From Mobula hypostoma (Eukaryota): DNA of 64,000 nt. Shown piece after piece: positions 1 through 10,688 of the stretch. Under the pieces are notes generated by a model. That model was not told where the DNA came from. It ran no database searches and saw nothing but the letters and a program-made list of their open reading frames with translations. Made by a program: the position numbers and the translations under genes. Positions within the stretch are counted from its first letter, which is position 1. Every line of letters starts with the position of its first letter. Where the stretch lies: contig NC_086097.1 of assembly GCF_963921235.1 (NCBI RefSeq), positions 11,470,001 through 11,534,000 of the forward strand. Direction: 5' to 3'.

Positions 1-625
1 TGGTATCTCACTTTCTCGGCTTCACTGATTTATAGGAATTACTTATGCCTTTAAGATTCTGATTAGAATTATTAATAGATTTAATAGTGGGTAGGAGAAC
101 TGAAGTGGTTATCCAAACAATTATAGCTGAGTGTTCTCCTGCATTTTAATATTACCTTTGACACTTTATATGCTGTAACTACTTTTCGTTGGGGGAGAAA
201 AAGACAGTTGCTAATTTGATTTAATTAAGCTTCTCTTGGGCATCACTGATAACATCTGGATTGATTTGTAACGTGTTGAAATAGCATTTAGACAATAATT
301 TTGATTAACAGCGCTGCCCCATAGCTTTGGCCTGTTTGATTAGTCGTGTCTGCAAAAATTTGTAATAGAACATTGAACAGTGGAATTGTATGCAAAATAT
401 TTTACAATTTGCTTGTCTAATTAAATATGAAGCTTTAGAATGCTGGTCAGTAAGGGTTACTGGTTAAAATAATGCATCAAATGGAAACTTAACTGATCTG
501 TTATCAATGAACATAGTTTGCTTTTTCTGTTATTGTGAACAAATTTCTTGCTAGAATTCTGAGCTGTAGAAGTTCCTGCTGCTTCTTGCCATATTGAACA
601 AGTTTGGGTATAACACGAGAAGCTT

Positions 626-723
626 GAGTCTTGATGCAGAGTCTCAGCGCGAAATGTCGACTGTTCACTCTTTTCCATTGATGCTGCCTGGCCTGCTGAC
701 CTCCTCCAGCATTTTGTGTGTGT
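626..723 (+). mobile_element. Penelope-derived terminal module (degenerate hammerhead plus tail)
   Basis: gagtc-ttgatgc-agagtctcagcgc-gaaat-gtc-gactg followed by gatgctgcctggcctgctga...ccagcattttgtgtg, shared with many other copies in the window. Confidence 0.75.
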
Positions 724-1390
724 AAACTTGGCTATAGATAGACATCTAATATGAGATTGATAATACTGTCCTTCCTCCTTTGGATCATAAATTAGGATTT
801 ATTCTGATATGAAGAGATAATTTGCGACAAAATAAATTGAATTTACCCAGTCAGACTCCATTCTTTTTGGTAAATTCCAGGTTCACAACCTAAAAGTATA
901 CCTGAAGTAAAACCTTAATTAGATTGGCTGGCAGATGGAAGCAGCAATCACAGTGGATGTTATTTTAGTTGTAGCAGAGTACAGATTGTTACTGTTTTGT
1001 ATAATTTACTGCCCAAAGCAGTACTTTTAATCTACCTTTAAATGTTTGTTGGATTTGTGATTGTTTTATTTATTGCATATGTATTGTAGACTACATCTTT
1101 CATTAAGATTTGATGTAAGGCACAATGCATTTACTCTACAAAGTTAGGTTGCTTTCTTCTGAATGCCATCAGAGCCTTTTGAGAAGGAGTTGCACATGAC
1201 TTCAGCACCTCCCTAGAATTTTCTGTTGAGTTTATACAGTAAATAATACCTTGAAATATGCCACCTTTATGATCTTCACATATTTGTAATATTGTATTAT
1301 GGTCTAAGCAAATTTGAATTTTTTTCCTTGCAGAAAAAATTGCTTGGTGTCTCAATTAAAAAAACCATCTATGTTTTTTTTCTTCTCTAG

Positions 1391-1460
1391 GAACCCAGTG
1401 ACAATGGACCATTGTTTTCAGAGCTCAAGTTCTATATGAGAGCAGCAAAACCAGAGCTAA
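1391..1460 (+). CDS. VRK1: VRK1 coding exon, 70 nt (EPSDNGPLFSELKFYMRAAKPEL), helix alphaC region
   Basis: Polypyrimidine tract and ctctag acceptor; gtgagt donor; translation matches VRK1. Confidence 0.95.
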
Positions 1461-1544
1461 GTGAGTTAATTTTGTGGCACATGAGAAATCAAAACTAGAA
1501 CATAGCGCATTACTGGAATATTTTTAAGCAAACTTTGACACAGA

Positions 1545-1800
1545 TTTATTTAAGGAATAGTTGGTCAGTGAAGTAGTTCTTGAGGATTGGATTAAATGAT
1601 AAAAAAGGTGGCAAAACATGCGGGTTTGGAGGAGGTCCAGAGCAACTGAAAGCACAGCCATGTTTTTGGAGTAACTAAACTGGAGGGTGCTTGAAGCTGG
1701 AATTTGAGCATCTCAGTGGCAGTGTTCTCAGTGATGGAGAAGGGCAAGGACGGGGAATGATTTGAAAAGAAGAGTAAGAATTTAAAAATTATGATGCTCT
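1545..1800 (-). mobile_element. Ancient L2-like LINE fragment
   Basis: Degenerate motifs (tccagagcaactgaaagcacagcca...gatttgaaaagaagagtaagaatttaaaa) resembling the antisense 3' part of L2 ORF2; similar to 56480-57075. Confidence 0.45.
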
Positions 1801-2459
1801 TTATGAAGAAGAACTATAAATATCTGTGATTGAAAGAAAATAGTTAAAATGATCGAAGCCAACTGCAATAACATTTCTCCTTTCTTTGATACTGTTGCCT
1901 CTTGAATTCCCCAAGCAACCATTCATAGCCTCCTTCTTTTTCTTCTCACTGTTACCCCTTGAATGCTGTCATAGCAAAGAAACTGGCCCTTTGACATAAG
2001 GTGTTTGTTGACCTATCTATAGTAATTCTACTTGTTTGCATTCCCTCTATTCCTTGTTCATTCAAGTACTTGACTAGATGCTTCTTAAATGTTGATTCTA
2101 TTTCTGCTTCTACCACTCCTCTAACCACTCAATCAACTGTACTGTATGTGAAAAATTTACTCCTTTAAACTTCCTCACTCTCATCTTAAACCCATGTCCT
2201 CTTGTTCTAGACAACCCTACCAAGAGAGAGGTTGCAGCTATCCAATCTATCTGTGCATCACTGTTTTATAAACCACTGTCATGTCACCTTCCAGTCTCCT
2301 CTTCAGAGGAAGCACCCAGCTTCCCAATCCTTTAACTCAAGCCCCCAATCTATGTAACTTCCTAGTGAATCTTTTCTGTACTCTGTCTTGCTTAATCACA
2401 AATTTCCTGTAGTGTGGTTAACAATGCAGGCCCCAATATTCCAAGTACGGTATTGTATC

Positions 2460-2720
2460 AGGGCAGCATGGTAGCATAGTGGTTAGCACAATGTTTTACA
2501 GCACAGGCAACCTGGGTTCAATTCCTGCCACTGACTGTAAGGAATTTGTACGTTCTCAGGGTGTTCTGGTTTCTCCTCATGGTCCAAAGACATGCAGGTT
2601 GGTAGGTTATTTGGTTCTGGTAAATTGTCCTCTGATTAGGATAGGATTAAATCGGGGATTGCTGGACTGCATGCCTAGAAGGGCCTATTCCGTGCTGTAC
2701 CTCAATAAGTAAATAAAAAA
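2460..2720 (+). mobile_element. tRNA-derived SINE (HE1/V-SINE-like)
   Basis: A box tagcatagtgg, B box ggttcaattcc, central tgtaaggaatttgtacgttctc block, LINE-like tail gaagggcctattccgtgctgta and A-rich end. Confidence 0.8.
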
Positions 2721-3189
2721 TATCCAACTGTCCCACCCCTTGTAGTCATTGCCTCAGCTAACGAAGGCAAAAGTACCATTTGCCACTGTCACTACCCTAT
2801 CTGTGTTGCTACTTTCAGGATATTGTGCTAGTCTCTTAACTTTAATAGTCCCCAAGGCCCTGCTACTCACTGTTTATGCCTAGTTTGATTTACCTTCCGA
2901 AAATGCATCACATCACACTTGAACAAATTAAATTCGATCTGGTGTTCTATTGCCCACTTTACCACTTGCTCTAGATCCTGTAGTAACCTTAGACAACCAA
3001 CTTTTACTGCCCACAAGAGCATCAATTTCGCAGTTTTCTGTAATGTAACAACATTCTCATCCAGATTGTTAATATATGTGGGAAAACACCAGGGGGTCAG
3101 TACCAGTTCCTTTGGCGCACTGGTCACTGACATCCAAGCTGGAGAAAAACCACCCTTTGCCTCCTAATACAAAGCCACTTTTGCATCCT

Positions 3190-3838
3190 ATTGTGAACTT
3201 CAGGAAGGGAAGTTGAGGGAATATACACCAGTCCTCATCAGCAGTGAGGTTGTGCAGTTGTAAGTTCCTGGGTGTCAGCATCGCTGAAGAACTATCCCGG
3301 TTCCAACATACTGATGCGGCTACAAAGAAGGCACAACAGTGGCTATATTCCAGTAGGAGTTTGAGGAGATTATGTATGTCTTCAAAGACTCGAGCAAATT
3401 TCTACAGATTTACCATGGATGCTGGTAGCATCACCCATCTGGTATGGAGGGACTGCTGCACATGATTGGGAAAAAGCTGCAGAAGGTTGCCAGCTCAGCC
3501 AGCTTCATCATGGGCACCAGCCTCCCCCCAGCAAAAAAGACATCTTCAAAAAACAATGCCTCAAAAAGGCAGCATCAATCAATAAGGACTCCCACCTCCC
3601 AGGACATGCTTTCTTCTCATTGCTACTATCAAGGAGGAGGTGAAGAAGCCTGAAGGCATATACCTAGCTTTTTAGGAACAGCTTCTTCTACTCCACCATT
3701 AGATTTCTCTACTACTTAATTTAAATTTTTATTATATATCTTACTGTAATTTATAGTTTTTTTATGTATTGCATTCTACTGCTGCCACAAAATAACACAT
3801 TTCACGACACATGCCAGTGATGTTAAACCTGATTCTAC
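3190..3838 (+). mobile_element. Rex1/Babar-like LINE 3' fragment
   Basis: KFLGVSIAEELS...KKAQQWLY..RSLRRL and IKDSHLPGHAFFSLL-like translations; tail aaacctgattct. Confidence 0.75.
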
Positions 3839-4234
3839 TCCTTCGGAAACCATCAATTCCAACTTTCCAGATTAGCCTACAATATGGTACCTGGTCAAAA
3901 GGCCTTGCTGAGGTCCATATTGATGATGTCTACTCTCCTGCTCTCATCAATCCTCAGTCACTTGTGAGATGATTTCACATGCACAGAGCCATGCTGTCTA
4001 TCCCTAGATGATGTTTATCCTTTCTAATGCAAATGTCTGGTCTTTCAGAACCCCTTCCAATAACTTTTCTTCCATTAATGAAAGGGTTACCAGCCTGTAG
4101 TTTCTTGACTTCTTCCTGCTGCTCATTTTAAATGTTAACTATCCTCCATTCTTCTGGAACCTCGCTCATAGCTAATAAAATTACAAAAATCAGTCAGAGA
4201 CCCCACAATCTCCTCCCTGCTTCCCATAAATGTG

Positions 4235-4360
4235 CGTCTGTCTCAGCCAGAAACAGCGACTATTGAAGGGTCTGTTCCTGAAATGTCAACTACTTATTCT
4301 TTTCCATAGATGCTGCCTGGACAGCTGAGTTCCTCCAGCATTTTGTTTGTGTTACTTTGA
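4235..4360 (+). mobile_element. Penelope-derived terminal module, partly duplicated
   Basis: tctcagccagaaac...ttgaagggtctgttcctgaaatgtcaact...catagatgctgcctgg...ttcctccagcattttg. Confidence 0.7.
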
Positions 4361-4429
4361 ACATGCTCGGATGCCCCTGGTTTGGCCCTGGGGATTTATC
4401 CACTTTAGTGCACTTCAAGACCAACAAAT

Positions 4430-4640
4430 CATAAACCCGAGAGATTCAACAGATGCTGGAACTCCAGAGCAACACACGCAAAATGCTGGAGGAACTCAAC
4501 AGGTCAGGCAGCATCTGTGGAAATGCTTAAACAGTTGACATTTCGGAGCCCCAACTTCAAGAGTCTTGTGAAGGGTCTCAGCCTGAAACATTGACTGTTT
4601 TTTCATTTCCATAGTTGCTGCCTAATTTGCTCAGTTCCTG
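4430..4640. mobile_element. Fold-back pair of Penelope terminal modules (head to head)
   Basis: Left arm (ggaactcaacaggtcaggcagcatctgtggaaa...cagttgacatttcgg) is the approximate reverse complement of the right arm (ctgaaacattgactg...ttccatagttgctgcctaatttgctcagttcc). Confidence 0.8.
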
Positions 4641-5145
4641 TTTACTTCACTTGTTCCAAGATATTACTTTTTCTTCCTCTGAACTCATAAACTTCAAAAT
4701 CCTTCTTTACAGTAAATACAGATGAGAAGCATCATACAGAAGTGATACTTTCTATGTATTTAACAACCTGAGATCTACTTACCACAGGTTCTCAGCTCCT
4801 TCACTTCCTCTAAATTGTCAGTTTGCTTTCCTTTCGTTTAGTAATGTAAGAACAGAATTTTTTTCTAAGTAAATTTTGAAAAAAACAGAAGACATCAACT
4901 TTGATTCCTCCCACAAATATTATTTCAATACTATGGTGTTTTTGGCAGTTGCAGGATATCGAACCAGATGCTTGATCCCAGGATAAACATACTTCTACTT
5001 GCATATCATTGCTCAGCCCCTTTTTCTGTCAGTGCCTAAATGCTGCTGAAAACCTTATCCACAACCAGCATTTTCCAGTACTCTATGGACATATTCTGAC
5101 ATTCTCTCCTTAAACTTGTGCTCATCCAAATCTCTGCTGCCTAAG

Positions 5146-5690
5146 TCATAGAACATTGAACAGTAGAGCACAAGAATAGCCCCTTTGGCCCACAGTATTA
5201 TGCTGAACCAATTAAATTAGTAATCAAATGGTCAACTAAACTGACCTCTTTTACCTATACAATGTCCATATCCTTCCATTTTCGTCACATGCATGTGCCT
5301 ATCTAACCATCTGTTAAAAGTCTGTAATGATTCTGCCAACCCAGGCAGCGCATTGCAAGCACCCACCAATCTCTACCTTTTAAAATAAAAACTTGCCCCC
5401 TTACATTTCCTTTGAAATTACTGTTTCTCACCTTAAATGCATGCCCCTGATATGAGACATTTCAACCCTTGGAAAATGATGTTGATTATCTCCTCTACTA
5501 TGCCTCTCATAATCCTATATACTTCTATCAGATCTCCCATCAACCTCCACCGCTCCAGAGGGGAAAAAACAAGTTGGTCCGCATTTCATTGCGGCATATG
5601 CTCTTTAATCCAGGCAACATCCTGGTAGATCTCATCAGCACCCTCTGCAAAGCCTTGATGTCTTTCCTATAATGGGGCAACTAGAAATGT
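5146..5690 (-). mobile_element. CR1-clade LINE 3' fragment
   Basis: Antisense tail catagaacattgaacagtagagcac; antisense of the RMLPGL-type region (atccaggcaacatcctggt). Confidence 0.75.
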
Positions 5691-6409
5691 GTAAGTCAGA
5701 AATCAAACTGAATAGATCTGAATCAATTGACTCATTAAGGATATTGTTAAGATGGTGTTTGTTAGGAAAGTCACCCTGTTTTTAACTTTATCTGGTAAAC
5801 CTAGCCACATTATCACACGTAGTTTTATACTTAACAACAGATTCTGAGTCAGTCACGTATGATTGTCATTATACTTGGTGATTGGAATTATTTGTGTGAT
5901 TCTAAAAGTTCAGCTTGTATAACTGCTTGATGCCCAAAAATAATTATTTGAAACTTGCAGTATTAGTCCTTTAGGAGGCAGCATAGAATATGGTTAGATA
6001 GTTAATTCTGTAGTAGCTAAGATTTTTTGACATGTATGTAAGTTCCTGGGTTTTAACATGCCCTGAAGTGATCATTCCATAGTCCCTGGATACTTTGTGC
6101 TTGACTGTTAATTTTTATTTCCTGATTGCCAGGGCAAGGGAGGGATTTAGTGTGAAATCCTCCTTTTGCTCTCATTTGTATGCATTTTCATGCAGATCAG
6201 TTTGAAAGTGATAGTAAAAGGAAATTGCAGACATTAAAGTGGTGGCCATCAAAAATAAGAGAAACAAAGTGTATCTTTAGACTGCGAAAGAAACAGAACT
6301 TGCCATTCACAGTAGTTTTCACGTTAAATGTTTTTAGATGTGTCTGGCATGGCATAACATGTAAACCTAACCATTAAAATGAGTGCCAAATAATAAAATG
6401 TACATATAT

Positions 6410-7469
6410 GAGTGGTTTCTGGTTAATTTGTTTATCGGTTAATCATGGCAGCTGCTTATTGGGCCAACTCTTATCAAAAACGATGTGAGAAAGTAGCTGG
6501 AGTACTTTTTGTTTATTTGCAATACTATGGTGCTTGATAGGGGCAGCAGATTGTTGCTGAACAGTTTCTAACTAGCATCAATCACGTGCACTTGCATGGC
6601 TGTTAGATACTATAGCATGCTCAGAGTGAACAGTTTTAAGATAGCGCCAGATGCATGAGTTTTGTGTTCAAAAAGCAGTGATTTTTGTCGCTGATAGTTG
6701 GTGAGAAATAAGCAGTAAGATCATTCAGAACTGTTCTGCTCACTGCAGTTTCAAGCATTCAGGCTTAGAGATGTTAGAAACGGCCTGGAGGGAAAAGTTT
6801 GGAACTACGAAGAACTTGGAAGTTTTCAACAATCATCGGGAATGCTACCTTTGGTCCCCACTGGACGCTCAGTTCCCAGCTAAGGCTCCAAGTAGCTGTT
6901 TGCATGTGACAGTGGCCACACCCCGGTACAGTGTTTCAACAGGGGAACTAACCCAGGGAAGCCAGTGGGCCCTCGTACCCCAGTCAGCTAGCAATATGCT
7001 TATCATACCATGCGAAGTCAGTTCCGGCAGTCTGGGCAATCTACAGTGAGGTCCAGTGGCCAGGAGGGTAGTTGTGTAATGCTATGTGGCGAGCCAAGGG
7101 CATGCTAAGGCCCAGAAGAAGTCATGGTCATCCACTTGAACCAAAAAAGACCTTAGTTCTGATGTCTACTCGTACCAGTGGACATAGACTTCCGAGGTTG
7201 AGAAAATGGAACTGCCCCAGTACAATGGCTTTTCCACTTTTAAAAACTCTCCTGTACAGATTTCCTGTCATTGTCATATACAATGGGCAACCATCAGTCG
7301 TATTGGTAGTGTTCTAATTTGTTCTGTATTTAATTTATATACATAATTTGTTATTCTGTTGTCTTTTTTATATCTTTTCTATTTCCATGAAACTTCAGCT
7401 CATTGGTGCAGCCACTTAGTTGGGCCAAAATGCGTTCCCAATGTGTCCCGATAACCCCGAAATCCACTG
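6410..7469. mobile_element. Tigger/pogo-like MITE interrupted by an unrelated ~480 bp insert
   Basis: Degenerate terminal inverted repeats gagtggtttctggttaat / gataaccccgaaatccactg and subterminal gcagc..ctta.tt.gggccaa repeats at both ends; no transposase. Confidence 0.6.
6835..7302. mobile_element. Unclassified GC-richer interspersed element nested in the MITE
   Basis: Abrupt composition change inside the MITE; no convincing ORF. Confidence 0.45.
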
Positions 7470-7849
7470 TGTTAGATTAATTAGCTAACTGGGAAAAATG
7501 TATTTTCAAAATGTGGGACTTTTAAGGGGCAGTTGCTGTCACTGATGAAATAGAATTTTGTCTATCTTGTACATAAATAGGAAATAACAAACTTAGAGCT
7601 TCAAATCTGTGAGGGGGGGAATTATACAGTTATCATTGTACTGTTACATTTATAAACTCTAAATTAGGTGGTAAATGGACAGTGTCACACTTGTCACCTC
7701 AAAATATCTGAACTTGCAAAGAGATGGCACCAATCTTCTGCTTTTCCATCTAACTGATTGCTCTGAATGTTCAAAGATTTGCAGATATGATTGTTTCTCA
7801 TGAAAAGTGGAAATTTAAAAAATTAATTTGGGATATAAATAAAACAACT

Positions 7850-8735
7850 CTTGAATCCAGATCAGGTAGCATCTGTGAGAACAGAATTAATGGTTTTAGT
7901 TATGTTCTTTCATCTTGAACCAGAAGTTAGAAATCAAACTTGCAGAAAGGAGGGAGAGATAGTGTGAATGTTGGGATATTATTTCCCAACTTCTGCTTGT
8001 ATCCTCTGCCATATGACCCAGAGAAAGAGTGAGGTTCCCTTTGTTTCAGCCACTTCACGAGCCTCCACGTTCAATGAAAAATGTATTACTTCCTCTATCT
8101 TCCAAGTAATCCCAGCACCAAACACACTTTCCCCTCTGTTTCAGCATTTGTATGGGCCACTCCCTTTGTGATTCTGTTTCTGCCAGAACCCACTTCCTTA
8201 AACACCCCCCCCCCCACTTTTGGTTGCATTACTTTCCACACTCCCTCCAATAACCATCAGCTTTTGGCCTTAACACCATTCCAACAAAGCCCAATAAATG
8301 CATGAGTAAGAGCATCGCATTTTTCATCTAAGTATATTATGCCTTCATAATCAAGCAGTTTCAGATTGCTGATGTTTCCTGATTTGCTGAATCTTTCCAG
8401 CATTCTGTTACTTCAGCTTTCCAGCAGCTGCAGTGTTTCAGATCTCATGGTTCAGCATGGTATATTCTTCTCTCCTCCTATCTCATTCCAATTGCTCTGT
8501 TTCCCTCCACCAGATAGATCTACTGCAGCTAACAATTTTTCGCTCCCCTCTCTAAACTGTCAACACAACCTGATGTATCATTTAACCTCTCATGGTCCAC
8601 TATCACTAATGTTCTTTTCATCCTTCCCCCTTCTCATTGACTAAACTTGTTTCATGATTAACTGTTACCAGTTCTGAAGAAAGGAATCAACTTGAAAATG
8701 TATTTCTCTATCCATGGGTGTTGCCTGACCTGGGC
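7850..8735. mobile_element. Old Penelope-like fragments with degenerate terminal modules
   Basis: Reverse module near 7850-7925; tail cctgatttgctgaatctttccagcattctg near 8378-8410; ccagtt-ctgaaga-aagg...gaaa...gttgcctgacctg at 8669-8732. Confidence 0.5.
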
Positions 8736-8786
8736 ATCTTTTACTTATAGCTAAATTATTCTGCTTTATCCCCTTATTTCCTACAG

Positions 8787-8874
8787 TTCAAAGCTGGGTT
8801 TCTTCCCGGAAGTTGAATTATCTCGGTGTGCCCAAGTATTGGGGGTCAGGACTCTATGATAGAAATGGCAAAAG
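8787..8874 (+). CDS. VRK1: VRK1 coding exon, 88 nt (IQSWVSSRKLNYLGVPKYWGSGLYDRNGK)
   Basis: ctacag acceptor, gtatga donor; phase 1 in, phase 2 out; LGVPKYWGSG motif. Confidence 0.95.
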
Positions 8875-9277
8875 GTATGAAAAGAATCTGTGCATCATCT
8901 TCAAAACATTATTTAACTGTCTCAAGGTTATTGATAGGTGAAGGAGCATTATTAATTGACCTCGATGAGGAGGACTGGTTATGCAGTGACATTATATTTT
9001 CTCAAGTAATAATTCTATATTTTAGGCCTGAGGTGAAAATTTTATTCAGCTACAAGTAAAGTAAAATACATTTGGTGTATTATTGATGACTCATATGAGG
9101 GAGAGTTATAACTGGAGTTTCTGATTTTCATTTTGAAAATCAAAACATCATTTTGTAGATTCTGGGAATATAAAACAAAAGTAGAAAATGTTGGAAATAC
9201 TCAACAGGTGAAGTTGTATAGTTGTATCTGTAGAAAGAGAAACCAAATCAGTTTTTCAAATTGAAAGCCCTTTGTCA

Positions 9278-9865
9278 AAGTTTCATTTATTATCAAAGTA
9301 TACAACTCTGAAATTCTGAAGACTTGAAAAAAAGCCTACAGTCCAAGTCCGCATCCAACACACAGAAAACCTGGGCAACATTCTCCCTCTTCATAGCAGA
9401 GTGATCTCACCAAAGATTTAAAAAAGACAGTCTCCCCTCTCTGGCAGTAGAGCGATCTCATCGGCGATAAAAAGACGGTCTCTCCTCTCCGGCAGCACAG
9501 CAATATCCCAAAGATTAAAAAAAAACAAGCAGCTGGTGTTACGATCTCCCTTGTTGCTTAAGTCGGTGAGCAATGAAAGCTTTAATCGGCAGAATAGAGT
9601 CAGACGTTGGCTCGTGCCCGCGGTCGTCTCGCCATGAGGTTTTCGCAAGCTGCCCCTGTCTCCTGGAATCCCCTCGGAGACTGCGGAGTGCTGAATACCC
9701 ATATGATCTTCAAACTGCAAATCGTAGACTCCAACAGTTCCAGAAACACATTCAAGATGAAAAACACATGTAAAAGACATAAAAGGAGTGAAATATATGG
9801 TTCCATGGTCTATCCAGAAGACGTTGATCGAAGGAGCGTAGTACGCAGGGGCCATCTTGACCAAA
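9278..9865 (-). mobile_element. Non-autonomous LINE-derived element; related fragment at 59768-60075
   Basis: Shares catttattatcaaagtatacaac(t/c)ctgaaattct and agtcc(g/a)(c/t)atccaa..cagaaaacct with 59768-60030; minus-strand 5' end gtcaagatggcc; short internal ctc(t)ggcag..gagcgatc repeats. Confidence 0.6.
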
Positions 9866-10354
9866 GAACTGTAAAGTTCAAAGTAAGTTTATATGTCACC
9901 ATATTCAAGATTCATTTTTTTCTGGGCATTCACGGTAAGTACAAGAAGTGCAATAGAATCAACGAAACACCACGCCTAACAGAATGGACAACAACCAATG
10001 GGTAGAAGATGACAAACTCTGCAAATACAAAACAAGAAAAAAAGGAGACTGGAGAGCTTGTAAGGCTGCAGGGATAGTGGGAAGAAGATTGGCTGTGATG
10101 TAAATCTGGGGATAAGTTTTTCACATGGTTTTCCAGTCAGTAGGTGAATGGAGGCAGTTGGAGGGTAAGAACATATGCAAAAACTGCTGCAGAGCAGAAG
10201 GACATGCCCATCAGGCTAAATGTGTCATTTTTTCCCACAGAGGGAAAAAAAAACCCTGAGTGAATATTACAGTAGGGCAACTGATGCAGATTGAGAAACC
10301 AAGTTACCTGAAATTGTAGATTTTTGGACTCAAGTCATGAATTCTACAATGTGC

Positions 10355-10688
10355 CCAGAGGCATGCCTCAAGAAGACAGCATCCATCATTAAAGACCCCT
10401 CAATACCCAGGACATATCCTTCTCATTACTACCATCTGAGAGGAGGAAGTTCAGGAGCCAAAAGACCCCCACTCAATGCTTTAGGAGTAGCCCCTCCCGC
10501 CCCTCCCAAGCATTAGATTTCCGAACAGTTCATGAAATGAACTCATGAACAGTACCTTGCTACTCCCCTTTTGCACTGTATTTATTCTTGTCATTAACAG
10601 TAATTTTTATGTTTTGCGCTGAACTGCTGCACAAAACAACAAATTTCATGGCATATGTCAGGGATAATAAACCTGATTCCAATTCTGT
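10355..10688 (+). mobile_element. Rex1/Babar-like LINE 3' end
   Basis: cagcatccatcattaaagacccc...ttctcattactaccatc...aataaacctgattccaattct, homologous to 3560-3838. Confidence 0.7.

Larger units (their letters stand above)
1970..4735 (-). mobile_element. Old CR1-clade LINE broken up by later insertions
   Basis: ORF 2867..3133 (YINNLD...QDLEQVVKWA...QIEFN..KCDVMHF) is CR1 RT-like; pieces resume after the SINE (2460-2720), the Rex1-like insert (3190-3835) and Penelope modules. Confidence 0.7.

Noticed and set aside
2461..2530. tRNA gene
   Set aside because: A and B boxes are present but run straight into SINE body and tail; no complete cloverleaf.
6122..6138. 17-mer ctgattgccagggcaag repeated at 54027-54043 (RFX-like)
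   Set aside because: One 17-nt match within 64 kb is not very improbable and the flanks do not align.
6838..6960. HDV-like ribozyme at the start of the element nested in the MITE
   Set aside because: Only a loose P3/L3-like segment; P1, P1.1 and P2 could not be assigned consistently.
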